Assembly: GCA_951406725.2 (NCBI GenBank)
Contig: OX597818.1
Location: forward strand, 120,280,001 to 120,344,000
Direction: 5' to 3'
Source of the DNA: Octopus vulgaris
Lineage: Eukaryota
Length of the DNA: 64,000 nt
Shown: piece by piece, positions 27,050 to 40,369 of the stretch
How the letters are laid out: each line of letters opens with the position of its first letter
Numbering within the stretch: the first letter of the stretch is position 1
The notes under the pieces: model-generated
What the model saw: only the letters and a program-made list of their open reading frames with translations
Told to the model about the DNA's origin: nothing
Databases searched by the model: none
Position numbers and translations under genes: made by a program

Positions 27050-27800
27050 AGAACGATATTTTCACAGTTGTTCACTCAACCACTCGAATGCTGAAATGAT
27101 CCTTCGATTATTCTGCAGTCTAGTTCGCCGCCTCTTAAACGGATATAGTGGTTAGCTTCTTTCTGCTATTGCCGTCTGATAATGATAGAAATTGTTGGTA
27201 TCACATAGCATGAATTATGCCTTGGCTGATAAGGTCCTTCAGTCAGCCTTCTGTTAATTTTGAAGCCGAAGTTTGTTTGTTTGTTTGTTTGTTGAGCGAA
27301 GCGGTCTTCGTCCTGTAGTGGGAGAAGTCCGAAACGTGGTCCTATTCGTAAGACCCCGCAGAAGAGAAAGCAGGTCAACCCCCGACACCGAGAGCATCGA
27401 CGGATGGATGAATGCGCATCCAGGCTCAGCGGTTGCGTAGGAAGTCGGGGACCAGAAACAGGAAGAAAGAGTGAGAGAAAGTTGGAGCGAAAGAATACAA
27501 CAGGGGTCGCTTCCACCCCCTGCCGGAGTACGTGGAGCTTTAGGTGTTTTCGCTCAGTAAACACACACAACGCGCGGTCTGGGAATCGAAACCGCGATCC
27601 TCCAACGGCCAGTCTGCTGCCCTAACCAGTGGGCCATTGCGCCTCCGAAGCCGAAGTATCCACATTTTGCTTCATATCGTCTGCGGTATGGATTACAAGC
27701 ATACAATCATTAGCAAAGGCCACCGATTTCACTAGCGTATGTGTGGTCTAGGTCTTGATTTTAAGTCTTATTAGCATCAAGTAAGACAAGTGATGCACCA
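27050..27800 (-). pseudogene. Decayed RTE (BovB-like) reverse-transcriptase fragment split by a SINE C copy
   Basis: LVKSVAFANDCMLVIHTADDMKQNVD then FGFKINRRLTEGPYQP, matching the RTE pattern LLFADDCAL..FGLTISLKKTEVLYQP. Confidence 0.6.
27273..27646 (-). mobile_element. SINE family C head with tail type 2, ending in (AAAC)n
   Basis: Same head and middle as 23105; TSD GAAGCCGAAGT at 27262-27272 and 27647-27657. Confidence 0.85.
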
Positions 27801-28038
27801 CATCAGTCTCTGTTACTGTGTGATGGCTTGTGTATCTCAATGGCCTTGAGATCTACGTCAGCGGAGCGCAAACGCCTGGTAGGGACTCCCATGCTGGACA
27901 TGTCAAAGTACAGACGCCAAACTAATATGGACCATCTCTTCTCACTCCAGTGTGTAGAGATTCTATCCTACGGAGAAACTCTTCATTAAATCGAAACATC
28001 GATACCAGCCACACACTAATACGCACGCTCGCACACAT

Positions 28039-28117
<79 letters not shown>

Positions 28118-28151
28118 TGTGCCTTTAATCATACACATATATGTAATACGT

Positions 28152-28440
28152 GAAGGCGCGTGGCTAAGTGGTTAGGGTATTCGGCTCACGAGCGTAAGGC
28201 CGTGAGTTCAGTTCCCGGTGACGCGTTGTGTCACTGAGCAAGACATTTTATTTCACATTGCTCCAGGCCAATCAGCAGCAAAAATCAGTAGCACCTGTAT
28301 TTCAAAGGACCAGCCTTGTCACGTTGAATCTCCCTGATGTGTCTGTGGAGTGCTCCGCCACTTACACGTTAATTTCACGAGCAGGCTGATCTGTTCATCA
28401 GATCAATTGGAACACTCGTCGTCGTAGCTGACGGAGTGCC
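28152..28440 (+). mobile_element. SINE family D (different tRNA head, CORE-like middle, tail type 1)
   Basis: GGCGCGTGGCTAAGTGGTTAG head; tail matches 23305-23485. Confidence 0.75.
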
Positions 28441-29239
28441 ATTTGTTTTTATATAATACGTATAGATTATGTTAGACTTTAAACTTCATCATAATAGATT
28501 TAGGAGAGTTATTGATCCAAACAAAACGTAAATGGCCAATATGAAAACATGAAAAATAATTTAATAAAAACAAAATCTAACAAGAACATAATTCGTGTGT
28601 TTAATATAACATATCTGAAATAAAACCTGTTCCCTAACTGCACACACACACACACACACACACGCACGCATACACAAATGCATGCATACACAAATGCATG
28701 CATACACAAATGCATGCACACACAGCTGCATACTCACATACACACATACACATGCTTTATATTTAGAAATTACTAAAGATCTATCTATATATATATATTA
28801 TTATTCACCGCCTTCAACGGAGAATTTGTATTCGTACATTAAGAAATAGCAACCAAATTTCCCTCAAACCACATCCTACTGTCTGTAAAAAAGTGGGTGA
28901 AGCAACATAGGCGGAGGTGTGGGGAACAGAAAAATACAGAAAAGCCAAAAAGAGTAATAGTGGGAGAAAGAAAAAGTACAGAGATTTGAAAAAAGATGTT
29001 GGTCGGAGACGGAGAAGAAACGTTCTATAATACAATGGCAATTGTATAATTTTGTGTAACGTCAAACTTTCTGTTTTTTTCATCCTTATTCTCATTTCAG
29101 TCTTTCATTCTCCCCTCTTTTGTCTCTTTCTCTTTCACTCATTTCTTCCTATCCTCCTGGTTACGATTCATTCTTAGGCTACCTTCTAGACCTTACTCTA
29201 CCTATTTTTATGTGAACAAAAATGGTCGTTTTTGTGATA

Positions 29240-29322
<83 letters not shown>

Positions 29323-29361
29323 TTATATATAATGTATATATACTCACATATATATATGTTC

Positions 29362-29407
<46 letters not shown>

Positions 29408-29502
29408 ATTATATAGATTCTATATACTGTGAGAAATCTTCAGAAGCTATTTCTCTTGCAGTACTAGTGGATGAAATGTGGTTAACCCCGAATCAACCCG
29501 GG

Positions 29503-29563
<61 letters not shown>

Positions 29564-29574
29564 TAGATAGATCA

Positions 29575-30630
29575 ATAAATGGTAGGGTTGTGTTGACCGC
29601 ACGTGGAGAAATGATAAGCAAGGAAAAATTGTAAAAATGCAGAATGCTAAATTGAAAGAAAATTTTAATGTAAATTGATAAAATATATAAATATATATTA
29701 ATTCAAACCGGTTTTCGTCATAATGTGACTTTTCAAGAATTGTAAAGTAAAAAAAAAAATTTTAAGTGAGAAAGGGGAGAAAAGAAAATTGCATTGTTTT
29801 TTGTAAAAAAATAATGATAAATATGTACAAAAATTAAAAAATAAGTATTCCGATACATTGTGAAGTCTTTGTGTATCTTGAGTTTAATGATTGTTCACGA
29901 AAAAATTACCTTGAAGTATTAGGATCCAATGGGATTAAAACCATGTGTTGTTTAGTTTAATTAAGGGTGTTCGCAAAACAGGAAGTAGTAGTAATTGTAG
30001 TTCTTCAGTTCCTGTGTTGTGAATAAGCGGAGACAACTCTATGGGTTTTGAGCTCTTCAATTTGTGTTTTTCAATTTTTTGTGATAAAGGGTGTTAATAA
30101 ACCTTAAATTATAAAATTATCATTTTAGCTTCATTTGCATTATCTTTTTTATATAATTGTTTGCTAACTTAACATTCAGATTTTAACACTTTATTTATAT
30201 TATTTTCTAATTATATAAATTTGTATAGTCCAATTTATAATTACATTTCAGATTGTTATGTCATATATAATAAAAATGATAGTAATAATGACAACAATAT
30301 TAATAATGATATTTAAAAAATATAAGTTTTAGTTTGAAGTGATGAATGCATGGTATCCTTATATATTTGTGTTAGTCCATCCATGAATAATGAGGTAGAA
30401 AAAGGAAGTATGATCAACGAGGAGTTTGCATATTAAGTTGCGTTTTGAATTTTTCAATAAAGAGATTCTACTTGTTAATTCTCTCCTGTGTGGTGATCCC
30501 ATCTTTACATTGGTCGAAGGGGAATATGTAGAATTTGGGATTTATGTCTTTAGCGCATGAGTCTATGTGGTCACTCAGTGGAATTTGTCGGTATTCCGGG
30601 AGATTTATTTGTTCTTTATGCACCGCTACT
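29575..30630 (-). mobile_element. Penelope-like element 3' fragment: GIY-YIG endonuclease C-terminus, long AT-rich UTR and terminal hammerhead, embedded in (TA)n
   Basis: VAVHKEQINLPEYRQIPLSDHIDSCAK..FYIFPF..ERINK*NLFIEKFKTQLN resembles the PLE endonuclease tail. Confidence 0.75.
29700..29741 (-). ncRNA. Minimal hammerhead ribozyme, U3-A8 core variant, in the PLE 3' region
   Basis: Minus strand aattc-TTGAAAA-gtca(catta)tgac-GAAA-accggt-TT-gaatt; weak UUU triplet. Confidence 0.5.
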
Positions 30631-30897
30631 ATATATATATATATAGTAAATCCGAAAAAAACGAAGAACAAATACAAAAAGCAATAACGCGAGTACGTGA
30701 TACATAAAAAGTATTAGCAGACGCTCAGGGAAGGACAGAAAGATGGTTTAACGTTTCGAGCAGAGGAAAGTCCAATAGAAAAGGAAGACAGAGGAGAAAA
30801 TGATCAACGATTTACATGTGGTTACATTTTGAAAATGTATATATATATACATGAACATAAATATATGTGAGTATATATACATTATATATATGAGAAC

Positions 30898-30947
<50 letters not shown>

Positions 30948-31182
30948 ACATATACATCTGCTGTAATGTTCGTTTGTTAATAGGTTCAACAAAATAAAGC
31001 ACTCAGTAGATTTAAAAGCTCTTAATATTTTATATACAGTCTCTTATTTGCAACAAATTACTTAGTTTCATGTTGGGGGTAAAATGCGTGGCCCAGAGTA
31101 GTTAAAAAATATCTGTCTTCTTAGTTTTCAGGTTTGTTCACAAATTTACTTACAAAATGGCCTCCAGTGCCTCTCTCTCTCT

Positions 31183-31224
<42 letters not shown>

Positions 31225-31230
31225 AGAGAG

Positions 31231-31262
<32 letters not shown>

Positions 31263-31283
31263 TAGATAGATAGATAGATAGAT

Positions 31284-31351
<68 letters not shown>

Positions 31352-31353
31352 CA

Positions 31354-31395
<42 letters not shown>

Positions 31396-31396
31396 T

Positions 31397-31650
31397 ATGA
31401 TGGGACTTGATTATTGGGCTCGACTTAAACAGCTGAAACTCTATTCTCTGCAACGCCGCCGTGAGCGATACATTATTTGCAACATGTGGAAAATATATTC
31501 CAGCAATATTATCCAAATGATATCAGTATTGTGTTCAGAATTAACCCAAAACTAGGCCTCCGTGCAATGCGTCCCCTACAAAGATCGAGATCACATCACA
31601 TAAGAACATTGCGACACAACTTCTTCACTGCAAATGGTCCTACTCTCTCT
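31397..31650 (+). pseudogene. CR1-clade LINE ORF2 C-terminal fragment
   Basis: [30 protein letters not shown], a frameshift, then ..[13 protein letters not shown]. Confidence 0.8.
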
Positions 31651-31675
31651 CTCTTTCTCAATCTATCTATCTCTT

Positions 31676-31815
<140 letters not shown>

Positions 31816-31866
31816 GTGAGGGAAGAAATGGGGCTGAACGAAGATTTTACAAAATTCCTTTTTATT

Positions 31867-31952
31867 ATTTTCTACACATGTTTCAAAGGCTGCAAATTCC
31901 CTAATTCGCATTGAATAAGGAGACTATTTTGCAGCATTCTCTTCAGGAAAAT
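31867..31952 (-). ncRNA. Type I hammerhead ribozyme with long stem II, inside a ~320-bp element (31813-32130) flanked by (TA)n
   Basis: Minus strand attttc-CTGAAGA-gaatgctgcaaa...tttgcagccttt-GAAA-catgt-GTA-gaaaat; 6-bp stem I, palindromic ACATGT. Confidence 0.7.
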
Positions 31953-32123
31953 CCAGGAACTTAAATCTCCAAACAAAAGCGCCGCAAATCTTTTCGAACA
32001 AACGCTCCCTAGGAGCCCATGGTATGAATGGCACAAAACTGTCTTTCTGTTGTGATTTTTGCTACCCAGGTATCGGTTATAATTTGAATAATCCGTAACA
32101 AGATAATTCATTTATCCATTTCA

Positions 32124-32176
<53 letters not shown>

Positions 32177-32184
32177 CATACATG

Positions 32185-32255
<71 letters not shown>

Positions 32256-32947
32256 ACGCCGAAAAATCATTGTGGAACAACTTTATTAATTAGTTTCAAT
32301 TATTTATAAACCATTCCATTTCTAAAGCCCATAGCACGTAAATGATCCCATTGAAATGTTACGAAATATGTGTGGTTGTTGATATAGCAGTGATAGTTTA
32401 TCGTATTAGCGTCAAGTCGCGCATGCAAAAACATACGGGAATCAGAAACGGAATTGTACATAAGCAACTGTAACTAATAATAAAGTTGTGCTAAAACTTA
32501 CGCTTTGCTTTTACCAGTGATATACCTGAAGTTTCTGTACCAGTAAACCTGGAATATTTCTCATAGCTACAATATGACAATATAAACAGCCAAGAGTTTG
32601 GACTGAATGCTTCATTGGAAATACATCGATTTTCTACTATTTTTATGAAAATCTTGCCACTAGCGTGACGCATGCATTATTACACCAACGCCCTCTTATT
32701 CTGGGTCTTTAGCCTTTTCTTTGTTTGATACCTCAATGACTATGTCATGTTTGTGGACATCAGGATTGTTAGAATCAACGAAGTTCTCTGAGAGGTTTAT
32801 TATATATTTATAAACATTTCGAAGGTTTTCAATATCATTGTATGAAGACTATTGGTTATGCGACAATGAGGCAAGTTTATTTCTGAGCAGCTAATTGCGA
32901 CGTCTTACATGTGGTTGAGAAAAACAGTGTATGATATTACAATGATA

Positions 32948-33203
32948 AGGCGGCGAGCTGGCAGAAACCTAAAGCGGCGAGCTGGCAGAAACGTTAGCAC
33001 GCCGGGCGAAATGCGTCGCCGTATTTCGTCTGCCGCTACGTTCTGAGTTCAAATTCTGCCGAGGTTGACTTTGCCTTTCATCCTTTCGGGGTCGATGAAT
33101 AAAGTACCAGTTACGCACTGGGGTCGATATAATCGACTTAATCCGTTTGCCTGTCTTTGTTTGTCCCTTCTGTGTTTAGCCCCTTGTGGGTAGTAAAGAA
33201 ATA
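32948..33203 (+). mobile_element. SINE family B with a duplicated 5' end
   Basis: TSD GATATTACAATGATA on both sides; GCGGCGAGCTGGCAGAAAC occurs twice. Confidence 0.9.
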
Positions 33204-33252
33204 GATATTACAATGATAGCTCTAGACTGGTGCAATTTTCTACCGTGCTTTT

Positions 33253-33288
<36 letters not shown>

Positions 33289-33394
33289 TTTTGTAGTACA
33301 TTAATATTTCTAAGTCGTTGGAAGATAATTTTCCTTTATAAAGATTTAACAAATCCCGTAAGCCTGCAGTTTTGCAATTTCCATGTTTTATCGC

Positions 33395-34260
33395 TTTCTA
33401 TCTGGATAGCATTATTAGTAACAATGGCGATATTGAGACTGTCGTCAACCGTAGATTTGGCTAAGCCGCGACCGTATTTCCTCCAACACCATCGGCTTAC
33501 TCACAAAGATCCAGCTCTATAATAGCCTAACTCTCCCAACAGTTCTCTATGACACTTTGTTCCTTTTCGAGCCATGCATGGCTCATAAGGGCCGGTTTCC
33601 CGCTTTCCTTGGCGTATAGGTTCCCCACCTGGACAGGACGCCGGTCCGTCGCAGGTGAGCTGCAAGATGCAGGAGGAAAGAGTGAGAGAAAGTTGTGGCG
33701 AAAGAGTCAGCAGAAATTCGCCGTTACCTTCTGCCGGAGCCGCGTGGAGCTTAGGTGTTTCGCTCGTAAGCACACACATCGCCCGGGCTGAGATTCGAAC
33801 CTGCGATCCCTCGACCGCAAGTCCGCTGCTCTAACCACTAGGCCGTGTGCCTCCTCTCTATGACACTGAGGATAGGAAGCGCACTGTGAAAATGGACAGG
33901 AAGCTGTGTTCTATCAAGATGCGTAAGGATTTTGTGAATGCCTTGGCAAGACGAATTCTAAAGAAAACCAAGAAAACCAAGAAAAGACCACTTTGTGAAA
34001 TCAACACAGAACGAAGATTAAAACCAGCGGGTCACATACTCCGGCTTCCAGAAGAACGCCATTCTAAAACAGCTTTCAAATAAGCATTATCGGAATAAAA
34101 AAGGAGATTGAAAAAAATTACATGGCCCAAAACATTCATAACCGATCTGCAGGAAGCCAATATGACAGCCGGATGTAAAGAAAACCGCAACCAATTGAAA
34201 CCAGTGGTGTCAGCTTAATGTCCAATATGATGTAGAGCACAGGAAGAGTTGATAATGACA
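33395..34260 (+). pseudogene. Decayed RTE-type LINE 3' fragment, interrupted by a SINE
   Basis: YLDSIISNNGDIETVVNRRFG*AATVF and ERRLKPAGHILRLPEERHSKTAFK. Confidence 0.7.
33557..33854 (-). mobile_element. SINE family C head with tail type 3 (V-domain-like)
   Basis: TSD TCTCTATGACACT; minus strand CCTGCGACGGACCGGCGTCCTGTCCAGG resembles the V-SINE core. Confidence 0.8.
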
Positions 34261-34276
34261 CTGATAGTACATATAT

Positions 34277-34692
34277 ATTTCTTTACTATCCACAAGGGGC
34301 TAAACACAGAGAGGACAAAAAAGGACAGATAAAGGGGTTAAGTCGATTACATCGACCCAGTGCGAAACTGGTACTTTATTTATCGACCCCGAAAGGATGA
34401 AAGGCAAAGTCGACCTCGGCGGAATTTGAACTCACAACGTAACGACAGACGAAATACCAATTTCCTTATTACCCACAAGGGGCTAAACATAGAGGGGACA
34501 AACAAGGACAGACATAGGTATTAAGTCGATTACATCGACCCCAGTGCGTAACTGGTACTTAATTTATCGACCCCCGAAAGGATGAAAGGCAAAGTCGACC
34601 TCGGCGGAATTTGAACTCACAACGTAACGACAGACGAAATACCGCTAAGCATTTCGCCCGGAGCTCTAACGTTTCTGCCAGCTCGCCGCCTT
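34277..34692 (-). mobile_element. SINE B dimer
   Basis: TSD of about 16-17 bp (ACTGATAGTACATATA) encloses both units. Confidence 0.9.
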
Positions 34693-35312
34693 CACTGATA
34701 GTACATATAACAGAGTGCTCTTTATGCTATTATTCTCGTGCGTATTTTTGCTATGAAAACATTTTGTTTCATTAAGTTCCGCAGTAATAGGAATAATAGC
34801 AAGTCAGTCTTATCCATCCATCTACGCAGTATTGTCACACATCTCTGTACAGCATGCAATACGCAGAAAATCATACGAATGTACTGCTGTCTGTGTATCA
34901 TTCACACCTTACTTTTTCAACTCTATGTAAGACATCTCAGTCAGCCGCTCAGAAATAAATTTAATCAATAATTTTTGCTATTTGTAAGAAACTATTTGAA
35001 AAAAAAAAAACACACACACACACGAAATATAAAGAAAACCAAAAAAGGTTATTCACAATTACAGAAATAAACTGAATAAATATAAAATACATACGGAAGC
35101 TGATTAAACAGCAAATAATTTTGATCTCACAAACAGAGACAAGCATGAGTGTGTAGCAAAGAAGCAAACATCTGAACTGAATCTGAAAGCATGTGGTAGG
35201 ATCGCAACCATATGGTTTCGGGTTCAGTTCCACTGTGCGGCACCTTGGACAAATGTCTTCTACTAATCCCAGGACGATCAATGCCTCCTGAGTGAAATAG
35301 GTAGACGTAAAC

Positions 35313-35348
<36 letters not shown>

Positions 35349-35349
<1 letters not shown>

Positions 35350-36387
35350 TAGCAGTATCGCCCGGCGTTGCTCTGGTTTGTAAGGGAAATAACTATAAAG
35401 CATTTTTAGAGAGTTATAGCCAAAAAATAGCAAAAAAATGGAAAAAAATGATGGTAAATTTTTTTGAGAGTTAAAAAAGGTCGAGTTGCGTCCCCTAGAC
35501 AGTCTGTGGTTTGTGTTTCTGATTCTCGACCCCATGTCGAATTTATCGATTTTTTTCAGAACTGGGGGAACTTTTCAAAATTTTCGCTGCGTTAGTTTTG
35601 AATTATGACATTGGGCTATGTGTGTGTCAAGTTTCATCAGAATCGGTTGAAAGCAGTGGTCAGGGTGAGGGTACAACCAAACAGACACACAGAAACACAC
35701 ACAGACATTGTAGGTACTAAAGAAATATATATATATAATATTCGTAGCCACTTTAACATGGCTGCCCGTTCGAGCGGACTCTACTGTGAATTTTTAACCA
35801 CAATAGGACATCTCCTCTAGCTGGTTAACGGTGCACAGCTGCATCCGATAAAACTGTAAGCAAGGGAGCGAACCCCTACCATCTCCTAGCGACGGGACCA
35901 GTACACCAGTCCTGGTTTCGGGCTATATACGTCTGTTTCCTGTAGTTGTAGGTATGTTATATCTGGAAAAGATGGTTACGAGTGGGGATCCAGTTTTGCG
36001 TGTCATTCATTACTAGCAGTATCGCCCGGCGTTGCTCAGGTTTGTAAGGGAAATAACTATAAAGCATTTTTAGAGAGTTATAGCCAAAAAATGAAAAAAA
36101 AAATGATGGTAAATTTTTTTTGAGAGTTAAAAAAGGTGGAGTTGCGTCCCCTAGACGGTCTGTGGTTTGGGCTTCTGATTCTCGATCCCATGTCGAATTT
36201 ATCGATTTTTTTCAGAACTGGGGGAACTTTTCAAAATTTTCGCTGCGTTAGTTTTGAATTATGACATTGGGCTATGTGTGTGTCAAGTTTCATCAGAATC
36301 GGTTGAAAGCCGTGGTCAGAGTGAGGGTACGAGAAAACAGACACACAGAAAACGCACAGACAAACTGCCGTTTATATATAGAGAGAT
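35349..36387 (-). mobile_element. Two non-autonomous Helitron copies (35349-35706 5'-truncated; 36014-36387 complete) flanking an unrelated ~270-bp block
   Basis: Minus-strand 3' hairpin (GAGCAACGCCGGG) plus CTAG; 5' TCTCTCTATATATAAACGG; the two copies are near-identical. Confidence 0.8.
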
Positions 36388-36630
36388 AAGTAGGTCAATT
36401 CAAGCCGTGTGAGTAAAATTAGGTTGCGGAAACTGTACGGATGCCCGTTGGCTGGATCATGTCCGTAATTCAGATACGGCCCTGATACTATGCCTCAGTA
36501 ATTCAGCTTGCAGATTATCGAAAGAGTACACATGTCTGCTGTGGAATACTCAGTTATTTAGTCATTCAATGAGTGCAACTGTTTGAACATTTGAATATTC
36601 ATCGTCGAAGAAGAAGAAGATCCATTTAAC

Positions 36631-36945
36631 GGATCTTTTCGGTTTGAACGGCAGTTTTTTCTAGCGGTGTCATATGAAATTGTCACCCATAATTATGACC
36701 CTAGAATCGATCTATTGCATTTCAATCTCTTTTAGGATTAGGGTTAGTTAGGGTTAGCTAGGGTTAGGGTTAGGGTTAGGGTTAACTGAAGAAAAAAAAG
36801 CAACAAATATCTAACAAACTATAGAATTTTCTCAATAAAGCCAAGAGAAAAAGATGTTTTATAAACACATTCTACCAGTATACGAAGTTTAAAAGTGTTA
36901 CATGGAAATTATTTTAAAAAGCTGCCGTTCAAACCGAAAAGACCC
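36631..36945 (-). mobile_element. TIR element (same family as 14398) with internal (TTAGGG)n and a 215-bp flanking direct repeat
   Basis: TIR GGATCTTTTCGGTTTGAACGGCAG; 36416-36630 matches 36946-37160. Confidence 0.9.
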
Positions 36946-37374
36946 AAAATAGGTTGCGGAAACTGTACGGATGCCCGTTGGCTGGATCATGCCCGTAATT
37001 CAGATACGGCCCTGATACTATGCCTCAGTAATTCAGCTTGCGGATTATCGAAAGAGTACACGTATCTGCTGTGGAATACTCAGTTATTTAGTCATTCAAT
37101 GAGTGCAACTGTTTGAACATTTGAATATGCATCGTCGAAGTAGATGAAGATCCATTTAACATTTACTACAGTGACTTGTGCGCATTTTGTGTATGTTGGT
37201 AGCTTTTAATTGCTAGCAACCTTACAGGTAGGTATTTAACGTATGCAGTCAGTGTTTGCTGTGATACTCCATCCGCCCTAACCTACAAACAATCTAGATG
37301 TCGTCTGCCTGCCTCTACTGCTCTGTTCTGTTCTGATTATATAAATCTTTAAAACTACAATGTGTGAGCGCGTT

Positions 37375-37443
<69 letters not shown>

Positions 37444-37959
37444 CCACTCCGTTATCGATTATTTGACGTCTCTAAGGCTGTAACAGTCTACGGTCTGTGG
37501 GCCTTTGTAGCTTGCATAACTGAGAGAGAGAGAGGAAGAAAGATAGAAAGACAGAAAGACAGAGAAAAAGACAGTCAGACAGACAGACAGACAGACAGAC
37601 AGGCAGATTGTCAGACAGACACACAGACATAAAAAGACAGGAGACAAATGCATATACAGAGGGAGAGAGAGTTTGAAGAAAAGTGAGGTTTAAAATGTCA
37701 GTGAAATATGAAAATGGAGTACGGTAACAATTGATAAAAGAACCATGTTTGTAAATATAAATAGTGGTGGTCTTGCTGATGGCGGCGGACGGGTGGAATG
37801 GGGAGATATTAATGGTGACGGGTAGAGATGATAGTTGTAGCATTATGAGATGGATGATAATGATGTAAAAAAAAAATACACCAACATACGCATTCATGAA
37901 TAATAATGCACACGCATGTATACATATTAACAAAACAAACAAACAGGTACACACATCAT

Positions 37960-37995
37960 GTAGATAGATAGATAGATAGATAGAAACAGACAGAC

Positions 37996-38040
<45 letters not shown>

Positions 38041-38064
38041 GAGAGAGAGAGAGAGAGAGAGAGG

Positions 38065-38130
<66 letters not shown>

Positions 38131-38190
38131 ACAGACAGACAGACAGATAGACGGGCAGACAGACCGATAGATAGAAATATATATATATAT

Positions 38191-38225
<35 letters not shown>

Positions 38226-38323
38226 TATAAACAGACAGACAGACAGATAGACAGGCAGACAGATCGATAGATAGAAAGATAGATATATAGATAGATAGAT
38301 AGTTATATAGATAGATAGATAGT

Positions 38324-38394
<71 letters not shown>

Positions 38395-38961
38395 TACAGA
38401 TAGACAGAAGGCAAACAGACAGATAGACAGACAGATAATGAGAAAGAGAAGTATGAAAGCCGGGTGCTTTCACACAGCGGTGGTCGGACCTGTTGTATCG
38501 GTGCTGTTTGAAGTGTTATAATAGAAGATGAGGAAGGAGGTAATTCTGGGAGGTGATGTTTAAGAAGAGATAGAAATCGATATGAAATGACTGAGAGAGA
38601 GAAAGGGAAGGGGGGTGGTGAAACGGAGAGAGAAGAACAGACAGAAAAAGAGACAAACACAGAGACTGAGAGGCAGAAAGAAGGTGAGGTAGAGACAGAG
38701 TGATGATGATGATGATGATGATGATTATGATAATGATGGCGATGATGTTGACGGCGACGGGGATGATAACGATGACGACAACGACGATGACACTGCTGCT
38801 GCTGCTGATGACGATAACGACGATGAAGATGACGATGGTGATGATAACGATGAATGACGGTGATGACGATGATGGTAATGATAACGATGACGATGATGAT
38901 GATGACGACGATGATGATGACAGTGATGATGATAAGATAAAGATGTTGATAGAGGAGAGAT

Positions 38962-39004
<43 letters not shown>

Positions 39005-39655
39005 ATGATAATGATGATGATGACGATAATTGCAAAGTCTCTAAGAAATACATAGGTTATAGTGAAATGCGTGCATCTGTGATAAACATCAATGAAAATT
39101 TCTAGACATCATACTGTACTGTACATCATTGTACTATGACGTGTACAATGAGTGTATGGGTAGTAGTTTTAAGGTGGTGGTAGTGTTAGTGATGGTTCGA
39201 AGTGGTGGCATACTGATGGAGGTAGTAGGGTGGTGGTGGTGGCGGTGATGGTACTGTAGTTGTCGTAGTGGTACAGTGGAGAGGCTAGGGTAATGGTGGT
39301 GTGGTAGTAGTGGTGATGTAGTAGTAGGAGTGGTGCTATAGTGTTGTGGTGTATGTGGCGGTAGTAGTTGAGCTACAATGGTATAGTGATAACGGTGAGA
39401 TATTGGTTGTGGTGATAGTATAGGTGTAGTGCTAGTAGTGATGCTACAGTAGTATGGTGGTGGTGGTAGTAGTAGAAGCAATAGTAGCAGTAGTAGCAGC
39501 AGCAGCAGTAGTGGTAATATGGTGGTAGTAGTAATTGTAGTAGCAGTAGTAGTAGTAGTTGTAGTAGTAGTAGTAGTAGTAACCGCAGCAGCAGTAGTAG
39601 TCTTAGTTGAAGCAACATTAGTAGTAACAACAGCAGCTGTAGCAGCAGCAGCACC

Positions 39656-39726
<71 letters not shown>

Positions 39727-40145
39727 CAACAGCAGCAGCAGTAGTAGTAGCATACTGTAGTGTATTAGTTGTAATGATAGTGGTAAGAGTAGAAATAGTC
39801 GGGGTAGAGGTGGTAGTGGTGTTATTGTAGTGTAATAGTGTTAGTGATGGAAGTAGTGGTAGTTGTAGCGGTAGTAGTTGTGTTATTTACATTGTTATTT
39901 AGCCCCAGGACAGGCCTATGAGCAAACACTTTCTAATCACGATTGTCTTTTATATATATCTACGACTAAACTTCACAATATGTCCCTTTTTTTAAGGCCC
40001 ATAAACTGTGATTTAGGGAGAATTAGATATAGGTTTGCAGTGGCTGAGATGATGTGCTATTGATTTGGTGATGGTCATGGTGTTGGTGGTATGATGGTGG
40101 CCGTAAGATTGTTTTGTTGTTGAGGGGCTAGAAGTGTTTCTAGTT

Positions 40146-40216
<71 letters not shown>

Positions 40217-40262
40217 TGTAGTAATAGTAGTAGTAGTAGCGGTAGTAGTAGTAGTTGTAGCG

Positions 40263-40302
<40 letters not shown>

Positions 40303-40320
40303 CAGCAGCAGCAGCAGCAA
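37960..40320. repeat. Compound microsatellite/low-complexity tract (GATA, GACA, GAT, GTA, GCA, GTG)
   Basis: Directly visible; source of the long homopolymeric ORFs. Confidence 0.95.
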
Positions 40321-40369
40321 AAGAAGCTTCTCGCAGTTGTTTATGGATCTTGGAGATATTTTAGGAGAA

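Noticed and set aside
30745-30765. Hammerhead half-site (minus GCTCGAAACGTT), with a similar remnant near 1565-1592
   Set aside because: The CUGANGA half is deleted or degenerate; cannot fold into a full ribozyme
36732-36784. Telomere or chromosome-fusion scar
   Set aside because: Short imperfect tract internal to a TIR element; also present in the sibling copy at 14692-14709
37956-39053. 365-aa ORF and neighbouring poly-L/V/H ORFs
   Set aside because: Translation of compound microsatellites; no domain content
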